Source of the DNA: an uncultured candidate division Zixibacteria bacterium
GTDB taxonomy: Bacteria > Zixibacteria > MSB-5A5 > GN15 > PGXB01
DNA: 64,000 bases
Assembly (NCBI GenBank): GCA_963813655.1
Contig: CAWEZN010000007.1
Span: forward strand, 241,183 to 305,182
Direction: 5' to 3'
The notes under the pieces were generated by a model. That model did no database searches. It saw nothing but the letters and a program-made list of their open reading frames with translations, and was not told the origin of the DNA. Of this stretch, positions 28,708 to 38,610 are shown one piece after another. Numbering within the stretch: the first letter of the stretch is position 1; the number at the start of each line of letters is the position of its first letter. Made by a program: the position numbers and the translations under genes.

Positions 28708-31112
28708 TGGACTGTATCTCCCGCAAAAGCGTTGTCTTTTGGAATTACGGGGATGAATGTGCAGGTATCGACCGAGCTGAAGGCGTCGATCAGGTCGCCT
28801 CCAACGGCAAACCATTTATTGTAGAGCTGTGTTTCAGTATCGACATCGTTGCCGACCGGTGCCTTTTCATAGTTCACGCCGGGTTCTCGATGGCTCATTT
28901 CATATTCATCATCGCCCCCGGAATTCAGAAAGAAGAAGCGGTTGCCGTCATAGCCTACTATCACCTTCCAATGCAGGCTGACAAAATTGTACGATTCTTC
29001 CACCAGGACTAAGACCGGCACGCCTGCCTGAATCCAAAGCTTGAGTAATTTAATAGATCGAGCGCGATCGTTATTATTGGCGAGCGATTCGGCGTCGTTA
29101 TCACGGGCATTCATGCTGTTTTCTCCGGCGGCTTTAACAACCTGGCCGGGGAGTCTTGCGCCGTAGGGAATAATAAGGAAATCAACATGTTCGTGCCAGT
29201 AAGCTCCATTCTTTCGGGCGGGATTGCATGTATAGGGATGCCAGTAATTCATAGCCGCCGCAAAACTGAATGCTCCACAGTAATTTGTTTGCCCCTGATC
29301 GTGCCAGCAAATATCTCCGGGGAGGAGACAGCGCGCAGGGGGCTGGGGCAGAGAATCTATCAGAGCGGGAGGAATATGGTCGGCGGGCAATGCCTGTAAG
29401 CGGGCAACCAGATTGCGATCATATTTATGGTGGCTGGTAAAGGCGATATTATTGCCAGAGGCGACCAATTCGTTGAAAGATGTCACATACCAGGTGCCAT
29501 TGGGCGAGTCGTGAATCATAATCAATTTTGCTTTGATCGACGGCAATTTTGATAAAGTCCCGATCCAGTACGGGTGATTGCTGTCCTTGGAGAAATTTAC
29601 TAATGAGACCGGGGGATCCGGCTTGGCTCCTATTCTGGTTGCGTCCCGCCACTTTTCCTGATTCATTTTTTCCCGATAGTCGGTATAATTTGACCAGACT
29701 ATTTTGCCTGAAGAGATCGGTCCGGAATGTCCGATCGAATAGAGCTCGGTCCATTGAGCCATCCGAACATCATCGGGACGAACGCCGTCGACGGGAAGGC
29801 CGTCAACTGTCACCCAGTCTTTTTGTGCCCATATATCAACCTGCATTTCTACATCCTGTCCGCAGGGGATAATCAAAGGGCCGACCAGAGGCAATCCAGT
29901 GCCGTCTTTCTTGAATCGATCCGGCACGTCCATGGTAAATAAATCATCGCGATGACTGCAGTAAAACCATGCCTCCCGGCCGCAATCGATCGGCAGGGGG
30001 GATTTACTGTTCGGGTCACAGAGCTTGCCGTCGACGGCGATATATCGTCTTGTGTCCCCCGCCTGAAGATTTTCCCCTTGAAAGAAGGCAACATACACCT
30101 GAACGGAGTGAATAGGAATATAGTTGCCCGATCCCGGACGATCGGGAACCTTGATTACTGGAATCGATTGCGGATGCGCATGGGGATGGACCGGAAGATA
30201 AATGCGATCATATAATTCCTTTCCGTATAAAAGGCACTTATCCTTATCGCATTTGCCCGCTGAAGGGTGGCAATCCAGCCGGGGTTCCTCACCTTCGTCG
30301 AAAAACAGGATTTCAACCCGACGATTTATCCGGCTGCGATATTCATCCTTCTTCGCTTCTTCAATCGGCCAGTTTTCACCACAGCCGACCACAGGATCGT
30401 CGGGGTCAGTCCAGTGAACTGCCTTCCGATATTTGTCAAGCTCCTTTTCCTCGATATCAAACATTTTCGCCAGTTTGCGCTGATATACGTCGAAAAATGC
30501 CCCCCAAGTTTCCTTACCGACCACGCCGTCGATCTTAATCCTCCGACCGAATTGAGGCTCAAAATTCGTCTGAAAATTCTTGATCGCTTTATGGGTCTTA
30601 CCTTCAATTTTGCCATCAATTCCCTGAGGGTCACAATCCATTTCGGGAAATTCATGATATATCCATGTCAAGATATGCTGAATATCTCTATTCTGGTGTT
30701 TTTCCTCAGAAATTGCCGCCCATTCATCCCGCCTGCCCATGATCATGTACCAGACCGATTTGCCCCGCTTTTCAGACAGTTTTACGTTGTAACCTGCCTG
30801 TCCGGTGGTGTCGGTATGTCCGGCTATAAGAGTCTTCTGTCTTGGAAATTCCATCGCCCGAATCATTACCGTTCGGATAACGTCCAGCCCGCTGATTTGC
30901 TCCTGCCCCGGATCCTGAGCCTCCTCCGGTGAATCTTTATACCGATCCGGCAGCAGTACCGCGCTGTCGTGCCGGAAAAGGACGTCCTCCATCTCTATGA
31001 TATATACCTTGGAGACACCGCCCAGCGAGATGCTAAATGATTTCCCGGTTGACAGCGGGATCCCCATTCGAGCGACCGTAAGGGACTTGATTAAGTCAAT
31101 TGGGGTTGCCAT
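28704..31112 (-). CDS. multidomain cell-wall-associated protein: N-terminal OmpA-like domain, PG_binding_1-like domain, C-terminal C39-like (papain-fold) cysteine peptidase domain; no signal peptide
   Basis: AGHTDTTGQAGYNVKLSEKRGKSV (OmpA C-like), KTHKAIKNFQ...IDGVVGKETWGAF (PG-binding), NYCGAFSFAAAMNYW plus HWKVIVGYD (C39_2-like Cys/His). Confidence 0.65.
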   Translation of the reverse strand: MATPIDLIKSLTVARMGIPLSTGKSFSISLGGVSKVYIIEMEDVLFRHDSAVLLPDRYKDSPEEAQDPGQEQISGLDVIRTVMIRAMEFPRQKTLIAGHTDTTGQAGYNVKLSEKRGKSVWYMIMGRRDEWAAISEEKHQNRDIQHILTWIYHEFPEMDCDPQGIDGKIEGKTHKAIKNFQTNFEPQFGRRIKIDGVVGKETWGAFFDVYQRKLAKMFDIEEKELDKYRKAVHWTDPDDPVVGCGENWPIEEAKKDEYRSRINRRVEILFFDEGEEPRLDCHPSAGKCDKDKCLLYGKELYDRIYLPVHPHAHPQSIPVIKVPDRPGSGNYIPIHSVQVYVAFFQGENLQAGDTRRYIAVDGKLCDPNSKSPLPIDCGREAWFYCSHRDDLFTMDVPDRFKKDGTGLPLVGPLIIPCGQDVEMQVDIWAQKDWVTVDGLPVDGVRPDDVRMAQWTELYSIGHSGPISSGKIVWSNYTDYREKMNQEKWRDATRIGAKPDPPVSLVNFSKDSNHPYWIGTLSKLPSIKAKLIMIHDSPNGTWYVTSFNELVASGNNIAFTSHHKYDRNLVARLQALPADHIPPALIDSLPQPPARCLLPGDICWHDQGQTNYCGAFSFAAAMNYWHPYTCNPARKNGAYWHEHVDFLIIPYGARLPGQVVKAAGENSMNARDNDAESLANNNDRARSIKLLKLWIQAGVPVLVLVEESYNFVSLHWKVIVGYDGNRFFFLNSGGDDEYEMSHREPGVNYEKAPVGNDVDTETQLYNKWFAVGGDLIDAFSSVDTCTFIPVIPKDNAFAGDTVQ

Positions 31113-31430
31113 GTACTTTTTCCTTCAATAATAACCGAATATAATGCATTAAAACAGTCCACAAATCAAATTTGTTCTGAAAATCGGCGATTTGGAGAAT
31201 ACTTTCTTTCCTTTGGGCGCTAAAATTTAATAAATTTATGCGTCTGATATCTTTTTCCAGAAATTATCCTCCGCCCATAAGGCAACTCCGCATATTCTTC
31301 GTCTGCCAAGTGACTTCTACACTCTAATATAACATATTTCCGCCTGCAAGAATGGGCGAGTGAAGAAAAGCTTAATTTCTGTCGAAAATCATCTTATAAG
31401 ATTCAATAACTCTCGCGATGAGGAAGAAAC

Positions 31431-32570
31431 ATGTCACTTCTGATGGAAGTAATCGAATGGGTTGACCCGACCGGTGAGGAGATGATTCATAGAATCCCGC
31501 AGGAGGGTTCGGCCGATTTTAAGTTGGGAGCGCAGTTAATAGTGCGTGACAGCCAGACGGCAATGTTTTTCAAGGACGGCCATGCCGCCGATTCGTTCAC
31601 AGTTGGGCGGCATACCTTAACAACCCTCAATATCCCGATCCTGACGAGGCTTCTTGCCTTTCCATTTGGATTCAATTCACCATTCAGGGCGGAAGTATAT
31701 TTTGTCAATTTGAAGGTATTCACGAATCTAAAATGGGGAACCAAGCACCCGGTCACTTTTAAGGATAGCAAGCTGGGATTGATTCGCCTGCGCGGACATG
31801 GGGCTTTTACTATGCGGATCGATAAGCCGATGCTGTTTCTGAATTCAATCGTCGGACGGCAGGCAAGATACACTACCGATGATATTCAAGATTATCTGCG
31901 CGATCTGATTGTCGCCCGGATGAATGACCTGCTTGGAGAGACGCTCGACACAATTCTGGATTTACCGGCCACTTATACCGAATTGGCAGCCAGGTTTAAG
32001 GAAGTTGTCAGAGTCGAATTTGAGAAGTATGGCCTTACATTGGTTGATTTCTTTATTTCATCGATAACTCCTCCTGAGGAAGTTTCCCAGATGATCGACC
32101 AGCGCTCAGGACTTGAGGCGGTCGGGGATCTTGATAAATTTCTGAAATTCGAAATGGCGAAAGGATTAGGTATTTCAAACGGCATGGCCAGCGCCGGAGC
32201 CGGAATGGGGATGGGAGCCGGAGTCGGTGTGATGATGCCGGCGATGATGAGCAAGGCATTTTCACCGGAACAGACAGAGCTGAAAAGAGTACCGATTCCG
32301 ACGGTGACCTGTCCGAAATGCCATACCGATACGCCGGAGCAGTCGCGGTATTGTTATCGATGCGGCCATCAGATGTTTACCCAGAATATCTGCCCATCAT
32401 GCAGTAAAGAGCTTCCAAGTGAGGCGAGTTTCTGTATGTTTTGCGGATTCCGCCTTGATGCCAAAATGAAATGCCCTCATTGCTCGGCGGAAATAATCCC
32501 CGGTTCGAAATTCTGCGGTTCCTGCGGAAAGTCTGTGAAAGATGATGCAGACAACAAAACCCAAAGCTAA
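31431..32570 (+). CDS. SPFH/band-7-like domain protein with four C-terminal zinc-ribbon modules
   Basis: N-terminal segment resembles SPFH 'virion-core-like' proteins (COG4260-type). The C-terminus carries repeated CxxC...CxxC pairs (CPKCHTD, CYRCGHQ, CPSC, CMFCG, CPHC, CGSCG). Confidence 0.45.
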   Translation: MSLLMEVIEWVDPTGEEMIHRIPQEGSADFKLGAQLIVRDSQTAMFFKDGHAADSFTVGRHTLTTLNIPILTRLLAFPFGFNSPFRAEVYFVNLKVFTNLKWGTKHPVTFKDSKLGLIRLRGHGAFTMRIDKPMLFLNSIVGRQARYTTDDIQDYLRDLIVARMNDLLGETLDTILDLPATYTELAARFKEVVRVEFEKYGLTLVDFFISSITPPEEVSQMIDQRSGLEAVGDLDKFLKFEMAKGLGISNGMASAGAGMGMGAGVGVMMPAMMSKAFSPEQTELKRVPIPTVTCPKCHTDTPEQSRYCYRCGHQMFTQNICPSCSKELPSEASFCMFCGFRLDAKMKCPHCSAEIIPGSKFCGSCGKSVKDDADNKTQS

Positions 32571-33373
32571 GAGCGGCTTTTATATTGGGGTCACCTGCCC
32601 GGCCTGCGGCGGGGAATTAGAGCTGAAAGAAAACTTCTTCGTGCTGACCTGCGCACATTGCGGGTCAGCCCTAAGAATAGTACGGCCGAATATTCCGCCG
32701 GCATATTTGATTCGGAGCAAAATTTCGCGTACTGAGGTGCGGTTTCATCTCGACCATTATCTCAAAGAGAATAATCTCCCACTGAGCAATTCCGGGATTG
32801 GAGATTAAGGCGCTCTATTATCCTTATTGGAAAATTGATGCCATCGTCCTAAAATTGCGGAATCGAATCGAGGAACGACAGGTTGTAGAAGAAGATTCTT
32901 ATAATTCATGTGGAGGGTATCAATCGGAAGCGGCAGTAAAGCAAAGGAAGACCGAAATTGCCTTGGCGCCCTTTATGACCACCTTGGCAGCGGGGGAGAC
33001 GCGCGATGACATTCCATATTCAATTGGGATGAGAACGGAATATATCAAAATGGAGCCGTTTTCCAGAGAGCATTTGGAAGAGAATTTTGAGTGTTTCCCG
33101 GTGCTGAAATCATGGTCTCAGGTTGAGACGGCTCTTTCCAAGGATATTGCGATATTGGGGAATATCAATCAGGCCGATTTCGGCAGAAATAAGACGGAGC
33201 TATTTAATCCAGTAGGCGCCCTGATTCATTTCCCATATTTTCTGATTGATATATCCAGAAGCGGGAAATTGCATAGAATTATAATTGATGGAATCACAGG
33301 ACGAGTGCTTAATGATAGCGCTCTTTCCGAAATGGCGGGTGAATCACATAGCGGCACAGGGGGCGCAGATTGA
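32542..33373 (+). CDS. zinc-ribbon protein of unknown function, apparently frameshifted (ORFs 32542..32808 and 32798..33373)
   Basis: CPACGG-x14-CAHCG ribbon, then a YYPYWKIDA motif in the next ORF. The downstream gene encodes the same architecture in a single frame. Confidence 0.4.
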
Positions 33374-34013
33374 ATTCAGCAAATTGGGCGTGGAGTTTCA
33401 TCGTTGTAATAATTGCGGAATTGATCTCCCCACGGAGCAAGCGTATGTCTATATTTGCCACAACTGTCATCAATTAATACAACTTGAGCGACATCCTCTT
33501 CTGAAATCAGAAATAACCGCCGTCATGCCGCTCACGCCGTCCAAAGATGAACGATATTTTCCTTTTTGGAAGCTTCAATTGCCGGAAGGGTCGGCAAGGA
33601 AGCTGCAGATTTTATTTGGGGGGATATATCAGTCTGATTTTCTTGTTGTGCCGGCTTTCACATCTGCAAACTTTGAGGCGATGTACCGTCTGGCGAAACG
33701 AATATCGGCCGCCTCGGCAAAGATAAACGCAAAACCGATCGAGGATTTCGAAGATAATTATGCCGCGGTGACGGTCGGGCCTTCAGAAGCATTGGCGATG
33801 GCGGAGATTATTATTTATCGAGAGAAATTATCCAAAAATAATTCTACCGTTTTTCAGAGAAATGAATTTTCTCCATCCGATATTTCACTTTTCTTCGCGC
33901 CGTTCCATCCTGAAAATTATTTCTATGTCGATTCGGTGATGAATGCGGTGACGTTCGAAAAGACGGCAGTGAATAAGGGATTTGATCTGTCAATTCATTC
34001 AGAATCACGCTAA
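33312..34013 (+). CDS. zinc-ribbon protein, paralog of the preceding gene (track ORF begins 33285, overlapping upstream ORF by over 60 nt)
   Basis: CNNCG-x13-CHNCH ribbon followed by YFPFWKLQLPEG. Confidence 0.45.
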   Translation: MIALFPKWRVNHIAAQGAQIEFSKLGVEFHRCNNCGIDLPTEQAYVYICHNCHQLIQLERHPLLKSEITAVMPLTPSKDERYFPFWKLQLPEGSARKLQILFGGIYQSDFLVVPAFTSANFEAMYRLAKRISAASAKINAKPIEDFEDNYAAVTVGPSEALAMAEIIIYREKLSKNNSTVFQRNEFSPSDISLFFAPFHPENYFYVDSVMNAVTFEKTAVNKGFDLSIHSESR

Positions 34014-34078
34014 GCTCAAATATCACTTTGAATTTGCGCTAAAATCATACTTCGTTTCTGCCGATAACGTATAATAGT

Positions 34079-34687
34079 ATGAAGGAGGAATTTATGAAGA
34101 GGATAATGATTATATTGTTGGCTGTATTAGTGGCAGTTCCGGCATTCGGTTTCAGCGGCATTTCTCTCGGTGTAAAAGGCGGGGTAGTCCGCAATTATGA
34201 GCAGGCTGGATTGACTGTAGGGGATTTCAACGCCAACAAGATGAATCTCGCCGGCGCGCAGGTGCGCATAACAACCATTCCGATGATTGATCTTATTCTC
34301 TCAGGCGACTATGCCTGGAAGAAGAATAGCTATAGTTTCGCCGGGCAGAATTTCGACCTGAAAATGCGGGACATGTCCTTCAATGCCACTTTGGTGCATG
34401 CCTTTAAGATCCCGATAATATCGCCTTATGTCGGAGCGGGAATAGGAAGTCATCATCTCAGTTTCGACTATATCAATCCCTACGATTTGTCGCTCAGCGG
34501 TAATGGAATCACGGTTCCCGGGACAGAGACGAGGACCGGGTATCATCTGGTCGGAGGTGTGACTCTCGGAATTCCCGCCTATCCGATAGGGTTCGGAATT
34601 GAGTATCGGCTGAACTGGATCGATACTCCCGGTGAAATGACCAAATATCATAGTCTGACTTTTGGAATAAATCTTAATCTCCCATAG
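34079..34687 (+). CDS. small outer-membrane beta-barrel protein (OmpW/OmpA-barrel-like)
   Basis: Signal peptide MKRIMIILLAVLVAVPAFG. Alternating aromatic/aliphatic strands. 202 aa. Confidence 0.6.
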   Translation: MKEEFMKRIMIILLAVLVAVPAFGFSGISLGVKGGVVRNYEQAGLTVGDFNANKMNLAGAQVRITTIPMIDLILSGDYAWKKNSYSFAGQNFDLKMRDMSFNATLVHAFKIPIISPYVGAGIGSHHLSFDYINPYDLSLSGNGITVPGTETRTGYHLVGGVTLGIPAYPIGFGIEYRLNWIDTPGEMTKYHSLTFGINLNLP

Positions 34688-34830
34688 GCGGGCATGAAAG
34701 AATCAGGGTCGGGGGTCGACCTGATATCAAATACCGGCGTCACAGCCGGTATTTTTTTATCTGATTGATTTTTCCTTTTCGGTAATATATTATCTGCAGT
34801 GGAAGCAAGTCCCATCCAAGGAGGTCGGAA

Positions 34831-36048
34831 GTGATTTCGTACAGCAATTCCAAGCTGAATACGTTCCAGAACTGCCCCCGACAGTACAAATTCGCCTATA
34901 TAGATAGACCGGTTGTTGAAAAGCCCGTCGGCGTGGAGACTTTTCTCGGGGACGCCGTTCACAGGACGCTGGAGAAACTCTATACGCTCAAAGCCAACGG
35001 CCGGCTTCAGCCGCCGGAAGAGCTCCTGGATTTTTATCGCAAGATATGGGAAGGCCCCGACCAAAATAATATCAAAATCACCAGAGATAACCTCGGTGTT
35101 GATGATTATATCAGAGTTGGTGAGGATGCTCTTAAAAAATACTATGAAAACTATGCGCCGTTTGACGACAGCGTCGTGCTGGGATTGGAAAAAAAATTCT
35201 CATTTGCACTCGATAAAGATGGACGTTTCAGCATATCAGGGAAGATCGATAGAATCAGCCGCCGCCCTGATGGGGTGGTGGAAATAATCGATTATAAGAC
35301 TAATGCCTCTCTTCCAAGCCAGCAGCATCTTGATAACGACACTCAGATGGGATTGTACTGCCTTGCGGTCAAATATCTTTGGCCGGATTTTGACAAGATT
35401 GAGCTTAGGCAGATATACCTCCGACACGGCGTATCGCTTTCAACGACCATGAATGAAGACAAGCTTGAAGAAATAAGATATCAATCTTTTCAGAAAATCC
35501 TCGAAATCGAGCGCGCCCGGCAAGAAGATAATTTCCCTCCCAGAGAATCCGCCCTCTGCGATTGGTGTGTTTACTTCGAACTCTGTCCCGCCAAACGGCA
35601 TAAACTGGCGCTCGACAAGGAAATCGACATTGAATTTGATGCCGAATCAGGCAAGGAATTAGCCCGGAAATATTTGGATTTCGATCGCAAAATAAAATTG
35701 TTGGATTCCGAAAAGAAGGCTCTGCGGGAAGATCTAATCAGATTCTGCGAAGGGGCGGATATTACTTCCCTTGAGGCGCCCAACGGTTCGCTGAAATTTA
35801 GGAAAGCTGTCTCGCAGGGTTTTCCTTCGAAGACCGAAGATGAAAAACGGTATCTGGAAATTTCCTTTTTGGCTCGTCAGGCGGGAATTGAAGAGTGTTT
35901 TAAACTCGATCAGAATGTCCTCTATAAGGAATTTTTTGCTCGGGAGAGACTCCCGGCTGAACTAAACCTGAAACTGCAGAAATTCTTGAGACAAAAATTA
36001 GAATATAAGTTGATCTCGCGACACGATAATTCCGGCGAAGAAGAATAG
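34831..36048 (+). CDS. PD-(D/E)XK superfamily nuclease, Cas4/RecB-like with 4-Cys cluster
   Basis: N-terminal Cys (FQNCPRQYKF), EIIDYKT (D..E.K core), and C-terminal CDWCVYFELC resembling the Cas4/AddB Fe-S ligands. Confidence 0.7.
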   Translation: MISYSNSKLNTFQNCPRQYKFAYIDRPVVEKPVGVETFLGDAVHRTLEKLYTLKANGRLQPPEELLDFYRKIWEGPDQNNIKITRDNLGVDDYIRVGEDALKKYYENYAPFDDSVVLGLEKKFSFALDKDGRFSISGKIDRISRRPDGVVEIIDYKTNASLPSQQHLDNDTQMGLYCLAVKYLWPDFDKIELRQIYLRHGVSLSTTMNEDKLEEIRYQSFQKILEIERARQEDNFPPRESALCDWCVYFELCPAKRHKLALDKEIDIEFDAESGKELARKYLDFDRKIKLLDSEKKALREDLIRFCEGADITSLEAPNGSLKFRKAVSQGFPSKTEDEKRYLEISFLARQAGIEECFKLDQNVLYKEFFARERLPAELNLKLQKFLRQKLEYKLISRHDNSGEEE

Positions 36049-36067
36049 GATGAGTCTAAAATAAGAA

Positions 36068-36089
36068 AGCCCCGCATTATGGCGGGGCT
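36068..36089. terminator. bidirectional hairpin between convergent genes
   Basis: AGCCCCGC-ATTATG-GCGGGGCT, 8-bp GC stem. Confidence 0.45.
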
Positions 36090-36108
36090 TGATGATTTGC
36101 GGGAAAAT

Positions 36109-36708
36109 CTAATTTCCTTCTTTCTTTTCAGCCGGGGCCTCAGTCTTCTTTTCCTCTTTCTTGACTTCCTTGGGGGGTTCCTTGCCGGCCGCTTTAATTG
36201 ACAGCGCTGGATAAATGCCCTCTGAGGGAGGGGTCACCAGCAAGAGGGAATTTCCCGGAGGCGTGGTAGTGGTGTCAACTTTTATCCCATCGATATCTTT
36301 CTTGTCCAGTGAAGAAACGAAAATGGTGGCGATTCGTCCTTTTCCAGCGGCTATTGGAGGCACAGAAATGCCGACATCGGCAATCAGACCTATTGTGACG
36401 CACTGGGTAGATGTGTCAGGGCGGGCGAATTTAACCCGGAAACTCTCGGCGCGGCCACCCGCGAAGATAGTGGAATCGGCAACTAGTCTATTTTGGCCCG
36501 AAGTGAAGTTAAGAGGAACCGAAATAGCTACTATTTCCTCATCGTTGACCATCGATACATTAATTCCCCAGTTGCGCGCATTAATCTGGTATGGCTCGAC
36601 AATGATAGTATCGACAACGCCGAATTTGTCTTCCTGCTGTGCCGCCAGACTGCCTGCAAGCGTTATCAATAAGATCATCCCAAATAACGCAATTCTTTTT
36701 GAAGTCAT
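36109..36708 (-). CDS. secreted hypothetical protein with Lys/Glu-rich C-terminal tail
   Basis: Signal peptide MTSKRIALFGMILLITLAGSLAAQ. C-terminus KEPPKEVKKEEKKTEAPAEKKEGN. Confidence 0.45.
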   Translation of the reverse strand: MTSKRIALFGMILLITLAGSLAAQQEDKFGVVDTIIVEPYQINARNWGINVSMVNDEEIVAISVPLNFTSGQNRLVADSTIFAGGRAESFRVKFARPDTSTQCVTIGLIADVGISVPPIAAGKGRIATIFVSSLDKKDIDGIKVDTTTTPPGNSLLLVTPPSEGIYPALSIKAAGKEPPKEVKKEEKKTEAPAEKKEGN

Positions 36709-36743
36709 TACTCCTCCAGCTGTATTAGATTATAAATATTGTT

Positions 36744-38267
36744 TTATCTTCTACCATCGGTAACAGGACCAATACTTTTACCCCCCCCGGCAGGTAATAG
36801 TTCCTTTTTCAATTGAGCAATAATAGCATCCGCCTTCTGGGGATCTTTGAGCTTTTCCCGATAAATTGCCGCGGCGTTGAGTAATGCCCTCTGTCCAATC
36901 TCACTCCGCGGAAATTTTGCGTCGATTTCTTCAAGGTATTTGATCGCCCCATCCCAATTCTCTACCCGTCGCGCGACCTCAGCCTTATAAGAAATTGCCG
37001 AGGCTTCCACCGCCGTGCCGCTATTTTGCCGCCCTATTTTGTCATAGAAAGCTTCAGCCTGCTGAAACCAATTCTGTGCAGTGCTTGGCTCGCCAGCCTC
37101 CATGTAATGATCGGCAATCGTCAGAAAGGCGTCGAATGCCTGCTCTGTCGTCGAATAATTTTCAATAAGCCAGCGAAATTCGTTTTCGGCCAGACTCCAT
37201 TTCCCTTCCTGTGCCAGAGACATGGCTATGTAATTCTGGGGCATGGGATTATTTTGAAAATATCGGGGATAATTATCTTTCAGGAATGTCATTATTTCCC
37301 GACATTTCTGATAATCTTTACTCTCGAAATAGGCCTTGCCTTTCCTGGCATACATGGCCGCGCTGATCATGGAATCTTTTGATCTGCCTATAAGTTCGTC
37401 ATAGATGGCAATAGCCGCCGGGTAATCTCTTTTCCCCGAGCAAGTTATATCGGCGATCATCGTGGCAGCCTCAAGATCGATTTGCCCGGTGGAATCCTTA
37501 AGAAAACGAAGATTTTCGATAGTTTTGTCCCACTCTCTTTCGTCCAGATAGAGCCGCGCCAGATTACTTCGAGCCCCCATATAGAGAGATGAATTAGGCC
37601 ACTCCTTAATTAATCGCTGATAATATGCCTCCGCCGATCGAATTTGATCATTAAGCGCGGACGAATCACCAAGCAATCTGTAGACTCTTACCAATTCTAC
37701 AGGGAGATTTAGAGCTTCCGGCAGAACTTGATTATTATTGTCGACCGGTGGGTAGAACCTATCAATAATCGAGCGAAAGACTTTCATCGCCCCCGACCAG
37801 TCTCCGCTTGCCTGCATAGTACGGCCGAGATTTATCTCCGACGTCAGCAGAGGTGTCCCTTCAAGGGTGGTGGAGGCAAGAAGTTTATGCAGAATTATAA
37901 TAGCCGAATCATAATTACGTTCAGAATAATAAATGCCCGACAGTCTGTTGACCGCCGCGAACGCAATTGATTCAAGATCGCGGCGCTCTTCCGGGTATTT
38001 ATTCGCGGGAACGGAATCCAGATATTTCCAGGAATACTCTGCAACCCCGACATAGGCGGCTTTTATCTTTTTCCACTGATCCTCGTTCTGCAGTTCCGGC
38101 TTGATACCCGAGGCTTCATAAATTTTTTCGGCCTGTCTTAGAAGCTTCTCCGCCTCATATCGAATGACAACGCCATTATTTTTGGAGCAACCCCCCGCGA
38201 GCAGGCCAAGAATAGCTAATACTGCCAACCAGGGGAAATTATTAATCTCTTTGAGTTTCAAAACCAA
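36744..38267 (-). CDS. tetratricopeptide-repeat lipoprotein
   Basis: Signal plus LAGGC lipobox. Multiple W/Y/A-rich TPR-like repeats across 507 aa. Confidence 0.65.
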   Translation of the reverse strand: MVLKLKEINNFPWLAVLAILGLLAGGCSKNNGVVIRYEAEKLLRQAEKIYEASGIKPELQNEDQWKKIKAAYVGVAEYSWKYLDSVPANKYPEERRDLESIAFAAVNRLSGIYYSERNYDSAIIILHKLLASTTLEGTPLLTSEINLGRTMQASGDWSGAMKVFRSIIDRFYPPVDNNNQVLPEALNLPVELVRVYRLLGDSSALNDQIRSAEAYYQRLIKEWPNSSLYMGARSNLARLYLDEREWDKTIENLRFLKDSTGQIDLEAATMIADITCSGKRDYPAAIAIYDELIGRSKDSMISAAMYARKGKAYFESKDYQKCREIMTFLKDNYPRYFQNNPMPQNYIAMSLAQEGKWSLAENEFRWLIENYSTTEQAFDAFLTIADHYMEAGEPSTAQNWFQQAEAFYDKIGRQNSGTAVEASAISYKAEVARRVENWDGAIKYLEEIDAKFPRSEIGQRALLNAAAIYREKLKDPQKADAIIAQLKKELLPAGGGKSIGPVTDGRR

Positions 38268-38610
38268 CTGCTAATACTTGCTAAAGGTTTCCGGGGTCAA
38301 TGCTTAGACCACTCATTTTTGCACCTGCTCTTTAGTTCGGCAATAATGATAAAAAACATTAAGGTTGTCAAGTGCTCGAGTAGACAAAAATGTCCCTGTT
38401 TTTTCGGGAATCGAATTCCCTCTTTTGTCAAAGTCTCCTTTGGCCCGTCAATTCGAAAGATTAGCGCTTAACGAGTTCACTTTTTGGCAAGGGAAGATTC
38501 TGCCGCGGCATGTAATTTGTGGCCAAATCATACCGCGATTCTATCCAAAACGAAATTGCCATCAATTCGATGTTGATTCGGGTGCCTACCCTATTATGAA
38601 AGGAGTAAGT

